This document shows, in pieces, positions 23,401 through 36,096 of a DNA stretch of 64,000 bases. The number at the start of each line of letters is the position of its first letter. Position 1 is the stretch's first letter. Made by a program: the position numbers and the translations under genes. Source of the stretch: Enoplolaimus lenunculus (lineage: Eukaryota); the NCBI GenBank assembly GCA_030248215.1, contig JASANG010000273.1, positions 682,001 to 746,000 of the forward strand, given 5' to 3'. The notes below the pieces were generated by a model. That model was not told the DNA's origin and searched no databases. It saw only the letters and a list, made by a program, of their open reading frames with translations.

Positions 23401-26400
23401 AAGCTCATGTGGGTTTCACGTTATAACTGGGGCAGCCCGGAATGTTTTATGCATGTTGATTCGACGTCAACATAAAATGTTGTGCGTGATCTGAACAGCG
23501 GTTATCTGGATAACATATGAATGTCATATGACATTGGCGTATAAATCCCGGATCTCCAGAAATCATCGTATACAAACAGCCATAAGTAACATGATACCAC
23601 GGAACATTTTTGGGTTTACCATATGATATTCTGAAATTCTACTAAGTATCATGTGATATTATGCAGGACGATGTAATTTGTGCGCACGAATCATACAACG
23701 AAAAGTCAGATAATGTAGCTTTAAGTGATTTCGAATACTGAATTATCTTGTTTTTCTGTTTCTGGCGGAAATTTTACCTAAATATATTCCTAAATATAAA
23801 TAATTCAAACTTTAAATTTTAGTATCATATGATATTCTACAGGACATTCAGGCTAGTTTATACCACAATTACTCTATTGCAGTCCGGCAAAAAACCTTCC
23901 GCCTCTGTTCTTTATACGGGCCGTGTTGTTTTCCATGTTTATTCGCTACTATATAAATGTGTCCAAAGCTAAATCGAAGATACTGTATAGTCAAGCAAAC
24001 TAATTTTTTAGTATTCAACAGTAAAAAGTGGCATATTCATTTAATGTTACAATAAATACTTTCCTTTACCCTAATTGCAAACTATAAATTACACGTTTAT
24101 ATAATATGCAAACAAACCTGTGTGAGCGAGCGTGTGCCGTAATGTTTAATCCATTACAAAATTATGTGGATAATGCGGTTTTTATTTCTGTGGTTTTGAT
24201 TAACTAATCAAATTGCGCCCTTGTAATCCTTAACCCCATATAGACCTTGTTTAACTTATAGTTTGCAAATATGATGAAGGGAAATAATAACTGTGCGAAT
24301 CCGTTTTCTGGAATATAGTCAAACCGAAACATCCAATCAAAATCAGTTTGCTTTCCAGTAGTTGTTTGGTCTGCACTGAACAGCAATTGTCGTTTGGGAC
24401 GTCCCAATTGCCAACTTGGGCAAATAGCTGTTTGGGGCACGACATAAATAATAATTTATAACATTTCAGATTTTGTCAGCGTGTCAGATAACCACGTTGC
24501 GAATTTAAACTATAACGAGATTTCATTCGATAATAATAATGCAATTTATGTCGATACAACACAACTTGATGCTCGTATTACACTATCTTCCATGCTAATC
24601 TCTTCGATTGATTCGAACGATCATTGGGTCATGATTTATAATAGCTGGAAACGGAACTGTGATGACTGTTTAATATTCAAGTAAATATACCCAACGGTTC
24701 ATTTGTCTTAGAGGCGGGGGTTCGAATTTGTAACTTTAAAAAATATTTTCACAGGCGAAATATTGAAATTGCTTTGAAAATTAATTGTTCAAATTCAATG
24801 TTCTACGCCGCCAAAAAGTATAAACTGCGTTCAAGTGCAACCATAAATTAGGTTTTGATAAAACCATTTTAGCTTTGTACAGGATTATGTTAATGTTTTT
24901 GCATAAAAGTCGAAACAACAACATTAAAGATTGGTTAATCTACTAGACAGAACACTAAAAATAGTTCCAGTTCCGCAACATGTAAAATTGTCGGGGTACA
25001 CGTGATGATGAACTGTATTCGCCGCATAGTAGGGTGACAACTTTCTAAAATTGGTTAAATAAGTGTGGTCAGTTGCAGTGTAAAGTAGCATGTTTGGCTG
25101 CCGTTTATTGAAAAGTTGGGCATATCTGAAATGATTTTGAAAGTTCGAAAATATAGAATTTCCTTCGATAAGCGGACCGAGATCTTTAACAGTGCAGTCT
25201 GACAGTTTCTTTGAATTTTTGCAGTAGGTATTTACGGAAATCGTATATTACAGAATTTGTGCTTTTCATAACTGAAACAGTGTTGCGAAAACAGCGGTAT
25301 AAAATGAGCGCGAGTGGACCAAAAAAATTTAAAACAACTAACTTAATTAATTTTGAAAACTTATAATTATATTCTCGCTCACTGGCTCAATATCGGATAT
25401 TAAATCTGAAACATAGCCAACTGTGATACCGTGTGCGCGCTTGCGCAAAAATAGATACTTGACCTTGTTCTCAAGTAAGCAATACTAAAGCATTTTTGAT
25501 TTATTCAGAATGAAATCTGACGGCAACTTACCAATTTCTACAATATCTTCTTGTGGTCCGCTTATTCGAATAACACCAACCATAACAAATACACAATTTA
25601 GCTTATACGGCAAAGTAAAGTCGGCAAGTAAAGAGACAAAAATACCAGGTAAATATTTAATATTTTTTGGATTATAGCTTGTTGGTTTATTGAAATGTGC
25701 ATATATGTGTGGTAAGGCCCGTACTCTCAAATGTGGGTAGCACCTATCGCTGGTTGGTGATCGGTATGGTAACTTTCGAACCAATGAACGCTGAGGCTCA
25801 AAATGCAACACATTTTTCGCATCTGATTTGCTCTACTCCTGTACTTATTTTGAGTTCAACAACTGCAATAGTTGAGTGACTTTAAGACCATATTACCAAT
25901 TGATGGTAGTTGCTATATACAATTGAAAATATGGGCCAAGGAACTAAAACATGTAATGTAATCAATACCACAATCAAAATCGACATTATTTCATTAAATC
26001 ATGTCTTTAAATATGAACAATTTCTAAAATAGATTTTCGTTTTCCAGCACACCGTGCTTATTATACATGTAAAGCGCATCAGCGTATCACAACGGGTCCC
26101 GATCTGTCAATGGCCACGAAATGAATTGCGCTAATTTATATAATCGCAGATTATCCTTCATAATGCTGTGGGTCAAACCGAAACTAAAAATATTGACCTC
26201 ACCCGGAATGTAATCTGGTCGTCCCGTTATTTTCTATTTTCATCATTAAAAATCGATAACATTAATACAATAATGAAAAGGTTTTCAAATTCAATTTACA
26301 AATGGTTGGGATTCTGTATGATACAAAATGTACCACCGGGCATTCTGTTTTTGTCCGACCCCCATTGTTTTGGAAGGTCAATGCTATCGTAATACTTGTT

Positions 26401-29400
26401 CCCGCTCGAACAAGGGGATGTTATAATTAACAAGAGGAATTGTTTTCAAAATTGCATACAGACTCCGCCCCCCAAAGTAAGAGGTGTACACCGAAAATCG
26501 CAACGGGCTCTGGGTACGTTTTTACGCAGAATATACCCGGTTGCACTGTCTTGTTGGTGAACATCATCCACTCTTGATAGTATATACAGGTTTGGCAAGT
26601 ATGGGCCAATCGTGCACAAACGACGGCTACGATAATGGAATACTTGTTGCGTCACAACGCTACCCGTGTTCGCCTGCCGATTACAACTGGCTTTACTTGA
26701 GCAGATTCAGCGATGAACGTGTCAGCTCACCTTCGAATGGTTGTATTTCGCCGGAAATTGCTCAAATTCCCATTAATTCAACAATTGTACTGTTTTCGTT
26801 GAACTTTACTCGATTAAATCCATCAAATACTGATACTTTGACAATTTTTGAACCAAAGCACTGGCCATTTGATCAAAATGAAGGAGACTCGACGGAGAAC
26901 TCAACGTACAAACAGGACAACAACGACACTAACGCGATTGCTACGTAAGTCTTTAGTTTAGAGCGATGAGGTTTGTTCTGCGGATGGAGCAAATTCGGTA
27001 TTTGTCTTCTGATTAGAAATAACTTTATGAAAAAGTTTCTCGAAAGCAAGTGTAGCGAGCAAGAAAATTTTTTTCGACTTGTAACTTGAACATATTATTC
27101 TAAAACCTCATACTGTAGTGACCCGAATTAGAGGGGGCAATAAGAGAATGGGATCTCCATTTTGAGTGCTATTCAGTAATAATGTGTACTTTAGAGTCCT
27201 TTAGTGGATAGAGTCCATAAGTCCCAATTAGAGTCTATGAAAGCGACCAAACCAGAAAAAATTCCAACTAACATGGGGTTGTCGGTATATGAATACGGTA
27301 AGGGTAGTAAAAGCAAAAAGATTTCCATACATGTGCACATGAATTGGTGTGGTCGTAGTAGCACGCTTCACTCGACTGCAAGAGGGCCGAGGTTCGGTTC
27401 TTGGTGTGGTCCTTAACTTTGGGCAAACATTGAACATGGGTCGTGCAGACTGCACAGTTTCAAAACAGGTGTGATATAAAAATAATTAGCATTCCGTAAC
27501 TGAACAACAGGAGGATTCCTGTGTAAACGCAAAATAAATATCAGTCAACCACTGTTGTTCGGGTCAGTACAAACGACTGCCTTTTTTCGTTTATCCCGAA
27601 ATTTTCGGAAGGATATATCTCCTGTATCTCTCTTCGTAGACGCCTCTGTTGTGTAGGAGTCGATCCATAGGACAAAGACGAATTCATGTCATTCGGCAAC
27701 AGAGTAGCTCTAAAATTTTTCGATTCAAATCGTACATCAGAAATGGAAAAAGTTTCAAAAATTTTGCGCAATTTTTAACTATAACGCATTGGAAAATTTG
27801 CTATATTCTTTTGATATTTAAATCTGAAAATAATTTTGAAATACAAAAGCAAGGCGATGATAGAGAGGGGCGATGGGGCGCCTCCCCAGTGGTCCGAACC
27901 GACGAAATTTTTTGTACCTAATTTGTAGTTTCGATCATCTTTCTGAAAAACGTTAAAAAAATTGCGCTTCGCGCATAACTAAGCAACCTTTATACTAGCA
28001 TTTTCAGCGTGCACTGTAGTGAACCGAATAAGAGAGTGTGGGGTAAAACAGGATGGATCCCCATTTTGAGTCCCAATCAATATAAGTCCGTATCCCTAAT
28101 AACAGTCCGCAATTGGATAGAGTCCCTAAATCCTAATCAGAGTTCATGAAGGTCAGTTATTCCTTATTGTAGTGCATAAAAGGACTCCAGGACCAAATAA
28201 AATTGAGTTCGAAACTTTAAGGCGTATTTAAATTTTGAAAGTACATTCCTAAGTATAACCTTGCATGATCGCTCAAGCTATTGACGCACGACAAATAAAC
28301 GTTTAATTCAACGGACAGTTGCAGTATAGGATATATATATCAGTAACGAAGGGTGGCGGAGCGTGGGTTAGAAATAAATAACTTTCCATAACCGAATAAC
28401 AAGGCGGGATAACCTCTTGAGAGGCCAAATAAATATCAGTCCCCCTCTTATGCGGATTCTCGTTATAGCTGGGGCAGTCGGGTCACGTTTTGTCACATGT
28501 TGATTCGACATCAACATAAATTTTTGCTACCATCATATGATACGGACAGACAAGAGTCGAATATCACGTGATATTGCTATACAAAGCACGGGTACACAGG
28601 TTATCTCAACATACAGGTGTTTGAATGTCCTGTGACACACTCAGACATTATATGATACTCAGCAAAACGAATTTGGCGTATCATATGATATTCCACTGAG
28701 TAGTTTAAGACGTATCATAAGACAATCTGCCAAAATTTAAATATTCCTACCAAATTTTGAATTTTCGCGCCAAAATTAAAATTTCCCAACAAAATTTAAA
28801 TTTCTCTAAAATTTGAATTGACCGCCAAAAATTGAAATTTCCCGCCAAAAATATAATTTTCCAGCCGAATTGTAAATTTTTCTGCCAAAATAAAAACTTC
28901 CCGCCATATTATTTGTATTGCAATTTACATTGTCACGTAATATTATATGATACTAACGGCATATGTCTGTTAGTCATATCATATTCCCCCATACGCAAAC
29001 CTGGTTATGCAACTGACTCAGTAGACATTTTTAAAATGATCATATGATATTGATAGACAATGTAGGGAATATCATATAATATTGAAGGACAAAACGTGAC
29101 CGATACGTGATGTTAGCAGACAACCACTGTTTTTGGAATATCATATTGGGTTACATCGCAGAGAAAAGAGTTACCCAATATATAGAACGTGACAAAACGT
29201 GACCCAGCTGCACCATTAATAACGTGAACCCCGCATGATTCGGGTAACTGCAGTAGTCAATTGATTTTCAAATTACCCCTGTGAAAAAAAGTAGACTAAC
29301 TGCAGTGTCTTTCCGGTTATCCCCCCAGCCTGCGTTGAGCAAACATGGATGAATTTAAAATATGTTAAACATTTGAGCTTCTCACAGCCTTCCCTTGAAA

Positions 29401-32400
29401 TTTTCCGCAATCAGGCGATTGGCTAACGAGTTATGGTTAAATAAATCTGAAATGGCGCTGTTCCAAATTGTTGACAGCGCGCCAAATCAGTTATTTGACA
29501 ATAACATGATAACCATACGTCTGAGGGCGGAAAAGTTAACACCAATCGCCTTGGCTACGCAAATTGCGCCGTATAGTATATAATTTGTCCATTTTTGATG
29601 ATTTTTTGGATCCCGAGTCCCATGAAAGGACCTTGGGACCATAAAAATTGAATTTTTCAAAAATTCCAATTTGGCATGAGATGATCAGGGGAAGTCGTGA
29701 GAAGCTCAAATATGCAAAAAATATACAAATCGAATCATTTTGGTCAAAGGTCGGCTGTTGAAATAACCGATAACACCCAAAAATCTTTGGGTGACAAGGG
29801 GGTACCTTGAGACTGTAAAAAATCAAATTTTTCAAAAATTCAAATTTGGGCATGGAATGACGAGAAGATGTTATGAGAAGTTCAAATAAGCAAAAGTTTT
29901 CAAAATCCAACCGTCTGGGCAAACGCTGTCATTGGGATAACCGAACAGACCCAAAAAATTGCGCATGCACCCCCCCCCCCCCCCCTTAGCTTCTTCATAT
30001 CACAGCTTCTGTACAAAATATATCCTTCAATATACCAAAGAAACTTAAATTCGTCATTAGTACTATGCGCTGTAGATTAGGTAGCAATTGCCCCATGACC
30101 AGAAAATCTTTTTGAACTTGAAAAGTCAAAATTGAACAAATGCGAAAGACAAAAGTCTTTATTATTCCTCTAACAATACCAATGCCCCTGCCATTTTATA
30201 TCGTTAAAATCTACGACAATTCGTTGCCCGGTAACTTGTCGCAAAACAGCGGTCTAACCGTAAGTCTAAGCTTAAACATAATGAACAGGGTCGAAGTAGC
30301 CACCCCCATACCCTCGAGTTGGGGACCCGATTCTTAAAGGAACCCCACCATAACACTGTTGAAACAAAAAAACCCACCGAAGTTTTTAAATACGTCTGGC
30401 TTTTCGCTCGCATCGCTTTCAAGGTTGAGAGCCCTCTCGAGTTTAGGGGAAGCCGCTATTCCTGCCTGCTTTGGCAGAATGAATTCTATGCTTAATTCTA
30501 AGCCTAATGATTGTCGGCAAATTCTCGAGTCGACGATATTTCGGATTACAAGTTGTCAGTTGACGATTTGTGTGGAAACAAATTGTCCTAATACCACATT
30601 GTTCTCTTAAATCACGAAAACAACATTTAGGTAAACTTCACTTATATAGCGTTTTAGAGTAACGCCAGAAATGTCGGACATGCAAAAGTTGTTATTTTGT
30701 GGAAGTGTCAACGTTGTAGGGAACAACTCGTACGAACAGAATACATCATATTCATCTGATTGGATAATACTCTGGCAAACTGTAGCCAGTAACGGTAAGC
30801 GGAGAATAAAAGACCGTAGCAAATAATACTAATCACCTGCATTCTTCGATTGGGCCCGTAGCCAAGGGGGGCAGGACGTAGGGGGCTCTGCCTCCTCGAA
30901 GAATTTTAGCTCCCCTTGGAAAACTTTTCAACCTTGTTTATAAGACAGCAAACGCCCTTCTATATGCCCGTCCTGAAAAATTTTTAGTTGCCACTAGCAA
31001 GGTGAGCTGGCTTCGGGATTGTTTCTGGTGCAACAATTTCATTTCATTAATATACAGTGGTAATTTGCCCAGCATTCGACTGAATGAGTAATTTTGATCT
31101 AAAGCATATTACATTGATTTCAGTTTATGCGTACAGGAAGTTCGAAGCGGTATATGTTTTCAGTATATCTTTTTGTGTTCTTCCATTAGTTTTCACAGAT
31201 ACAAACCAATGAGCTGGCTAAGGTATCATTGTACTCGTACCTAAAGTTTGGTATGTACCAGCGTGTAACCGGATATCTGTTTCCGTTTACGGTAAAAATC
31301 GGTGTCCGTTTCCGTGTCCGTTATAGCAATAACGGAAATTCTGTTATTCTTATGTTCAAAATTAGTTATAAATCACGTATATGTCTCGTAATTATTCCGT
31401 GTAGATATGCTGTAATTGTTTGAAACGAAATAAAAATTATGAAATTCATCCAAAATCTTTAAATTTTCGATTCATTCGCTATTTTTTCTTTCGAATTTTT
31501 AAACAACCGGTTAACATATGTAGGCATTAATTGTGTTGGAAGAAGAATAAAACGCTTTTGAAACTTTTATACTTTAATATCCGTTTTCCATCACTATTCG
31601 TATCCGTTTCGGTTTACGTTATTTTTACTATCCGTTTACACTGTGTGGTGTTACTAACGTAAAATAACGCCTAGCGAATTACCTAAATTCTACTCAACTC
31701 GCCACGCCATGATGGTACTATGCAAAATAGTTGAATATTCCCAAAACTACCGTTAAATTTAATATTTGCATGCTTCATGTCGGTATATGTGCACGGTAAG
31801 TGTATGCAAATTGCAAACCATAGATTGTCTATACATGTTGTACACATATACTGGAAACTGGAAATACGAAGTTGTTGCAGTTGACCGCGTGGTATAGTGA
31901 TAGCAGGTTTGACTCGAGTGCAAGAGGGCCGAGGCTTGATTCCCGGCGTGATCCTTAACTTTGAGCAAAATTTCGAACATGGGGTCGTGCAGACCGTGTA
32001 GTTCACTCGCTTGTTCTGTTTTGCTTGCGTTTTCAGTTGGTTGCGTTGATACCGTAAATCTAGATTTTTCACAAGCCGGTCACGAGTTTGAGCTAATTAC
32101 TCCTAACTATCCGTGTTCATTATGCTCAAATTATACGTGGATAGTGCCGTATATTTATACTGCAATGACGTGTACAATACACGAAACGTTAACGGTTTCA
32201 ACGTGTGCGACCGGTGGAGTGCAATTAACAATTTTTGGCGATAACGAAGAATTACTATTTAAGTAAATACAATTTCTATTTGTTAATGAATTTTAGCCTT
32301 TGTTTCGACTGGCAAAAAATCTAAATAATGAATGCTTAAAAAGCGATAGGTACACTGTCTTTTGTAGACGAAAGTGCCGTACATTTTCAATTAAAAATAA

Positions 32401-35400
32401 ATCTGCCGAAAGTGAGCATTATGCTAAAATAATGGGTTTGTTTCAAAAAAACGAGCCGGCTTGTTTTTGATTTGGTGTGATCTACACAGTATTCGCTGTG
32501 GCGCTGAGTTCGACACGTGTAATCGTATGCAATAAACCGTACACCATGGAAATAAAGTAGGTACTTCTATACTTATCTCACAGTTCTTATCACCCGTAAC
32601 AACTAGAATACCCAAATAAGTTTAAGGTTTTTCTTACATTTAGGCTTATCTTTAGTATTGAAGCTAACACTAGTGTGAAAGGAAATAAACAAGTGCCATC
32701 GAAAATAAACGGTTAAGGCGCATGGCTGATGTAAAGGTCACTGGCGGACCGTTTTTCCACGGGACTTTAACAGAGTAAGCTTAAACTTTAGACTATTTTT
32801 TGCTTTGTCTTACACTTTAGGATTAGGTATTGGCTTATCCTTACGCGTAGGGTTAAGCTTAGGGGCTTAAGCTTTGGAATATGCTTAAGTATATTACTGT
32901 TGCGGCCCTGTTCTGTACATAGGCTGGGTGTGTAGTGAGACTTAAAAAGCATGGCAATGTTGGTTATATATTTGCATGACTGGAACCAGAATCAACAGAC
33001 GGCCTAAGCCACTACCAGATATATAAATTTTTTTAGTGTAATGCTTAAGCTTACTCTATTACAGACTCACAAAGAAACGTTCTGCCCTTGATTTTTACAT
33101 TGTTCTCTGTAACTGACTGGGAAACTTTACTCAATTCAACATTTTAGATGTACGGCAGATCAGCCGAACGACAATTGTTCAAATACAAACTTTTCAACAT
33201 GCCATTCAACTGCCCGAATTCAGTACCAACAAATGGATCCAAAATGTCGACGAGGCGGTGTACGGCTTGCGTGTACGTCAATTTTGCCAACGCCAGATTT
33301 TCCAGCGATTCCAGGTACATGAAATATTCGGATACCGGCTGGCTGTTTTCAAGCATTCCATGAATGGCGCTGGTATCACCAAAACTATTGTACGATCCTT
33401 ATTACTTCTCGGTTATGATTTAAGAGGGACATAGTTAGTTGAGGGCAAATCAGCCTTGATCCTTGCGGACTGCCTTTAAAAAATTAAATTAAAGCTAACA
33501 ACTGAATGTTAGCTGAAATAAGTTGAGCTTACATCAGCCTTGATCCTTGCGGACTGCCTTTAAAAAGTTAAATTAAAGCTAACAACTGAATGTTAGCTGA
33601 AATAAGTTGAGCTTACATCAGCCTTGATCCTTGCGGACTGCCTTTAAAAAATTAAATTAAAGCTAACAACTGAATATTAGCTGAAATAAGTTGAGCTTAC
33701 ATCAGCCTTGATCCTTGCGGACTGCCTTTAAAAAATTAAATTAAAGCTAACAACTAAATGTTAGCTGAAATAAGTTGAGGGCAAATCAGCCTTGATCCTT
33801 GCGGACTGCCTTTAAAAAATTAAATTAAAGCTAACAACTGAATGTTAGCCGAAATAAGTTGAGCTTACATCAGCCTTGATCCTTGCGGACTGCCTTTAAA
33901 AAATTAAATTAAAGCTAACAACTGAATGTTAGCTGAAATAAGTTGAGCTTACATCAGCCTTGATCCTTGCGGACTGCCTTTAAAAAATTAAATTAAAGCT
34001 AACAACTGAATGTTAGCTGAAATAAGTTGAGCTTACATCAGCCTTAATCCTTGCGGACTGCCTTTAAAAAATTAAATTAAAGCTAACAACTGAATGTTAG
34101 CTGAAATAAGTTGAGCTTACATCAGCCTTGATCCTTGCGGACTGCCTTTAAAAAATGAAATTAAAGCTAACAACTGAATGTTAGCTGAAACAAGTTGAGC
34201 TTACATCAGCGTTAATCCTTGCGCACTGCGTTTAAAAAATTAAAATAAAGCTAACAACTGAATGTTAGCTGAAACAAGTTGAGCTTACATGCAAACTAAA
34301 TATATTTAAATAATTGGCGTGGCTTTTGCTCTAACCTTAAAGCTAGCTCAACCTATGGTGGATTAAGAGTCTAGTGGTTGCGCTATACTCGCCGCGTGAC
34401 CGATGAGACGCGGCGTCGTGTGGCGGCGGACAATCCGCGCGGCCACACGGGACACAGCAAGATGTGGCTCAAGACTAATAAATTGATTGGGCATAGGTAT
34501 AGATAAGTCATAGAAATAAAATTTAATTCAAATGTGATATGCAGGTCTTAGCACAGCTCAGACCTGCACGCTACCCTCGGGTGCAAGCGCATTTGATGCG
34601 AACGTACCCGTGAGTAAAACATTTCAATGTGCGCGTAAAAATTTGCTACTATTTGCTCGCTGCCCAACTGTATTGAACGCAGAAGAAAAAATATTTGCGA
34701 AAAGTAAAATTTCCGCTTGTAAAGCGCAATGAGGGTAAATAACTTTACTCACTTACTCCTCTGGTACAACTGCTGATTTTCAGCTATTTCTTTAGTCGCG
34801 GTTTTGTATTGCAGCATGTCTGTATGTCGCCAGTTCCCGATTTTAAAATAGATTTTTTGTAAAATAGGTATGGGTTTTAAGGTTTTGCTAGAGAAATGTT
34901 AAAATTTTTAGACTATTTTGTAAATGTTTTTTCGACAATTAATATATCACCACGATGTATATATTTGAAAAATTTAATTTTTACACTTCTGATAACTTGT
35001 TTCAAGGCGAAATTTAGAATATTCTCCAAATTTTAAGAAGACGAGTTAAAAAAAAGCACTTCGCAGTCTGAAATCGTCAAATATTTTTGTTTCATGAACT
35101 TGCAACTAAACACAGAGACGTTCTACGAATTTTATCAAAGGAAAACATTAAAATGTAATTAAATTGTTGGCGTGCGTTATTTTGATCGGTGTAACAGTAG
35201 TAGCTATATGCATATTCCTAAGCCTAAGCATATAATGCTTGCTCAGCGTTACAATAAGTGCGTAATTAAATGTGAACTAAGCCTAAGCCTAAGACTAACA
35301 AAAAATAGTGTAAAGCAGGCAAAATTGTTGATTATTTCTAAATTTTCGATTTAGAATTAAGGACAGTACAAACTGTTGAATAATACTTTGATTTAAATAG

Positions 35401-36059
35401 ACATATCGATAAAAAATTTTGCGCAAAAAATGAGAAATTCAGAATGTTAATAAACTTATGCAATAATATCTTGTTTAACTCCAAATTAAAGCGGAAATTC
35501 ATTTCCGATTCTTCGTCATAATTTTTTGAGTGTTTTTATTTTATTTTCTTTTCATATCAGTCCAAATGAGCACTGTTGCCAGAGCAAGCTCCCGCCATTC
35601 AGGCAAGTGAAGGTTTGCGCTCATTTTGGCCATGGGCGTAGCCAAGATTTTATTTCGGAAAGAAATATTTAGTCTAAAAAATTTTTGAGAGGGAGCGTAG
35701 CAAGACATTTTTTTACCTCTGCAAGTTTATTCTACAGCAAAACAGTATTTTTTAAGTCGTTCCAGAGATTTTTGTGTGGAATATATCCGCATATCTCGCG
35801 ACTTGAACGCACCTCTAACTTCGGCACTACTTTTACGTTTTATTTCAGGATGTCACTTTGTTGATCTTAAATCTACGTCCGGTGCCAGTTATTGGCAAGG
35901 AGGAACCAGTTATAACGCGATTACAATTGGAAGAATGCGAACAAGAGACAACAATTTGCTATCAAGCGCATTTGAATTTGATAGTCCATTTCGTGTACCG
36001 CAGAATAACGCAACAACAAGAACAAAAGCAAAACCAAGAACAACAGCAGCAGCAGCAGC

Positions 36060-36096
<37 letters not shown>

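Noticed and set aside
33438..34290. Regular repeat array that might suggest CRISPR
   Set aside because: Head-to-tail units with no unique spacers, no cas genes, and a eukaryotic intron context.
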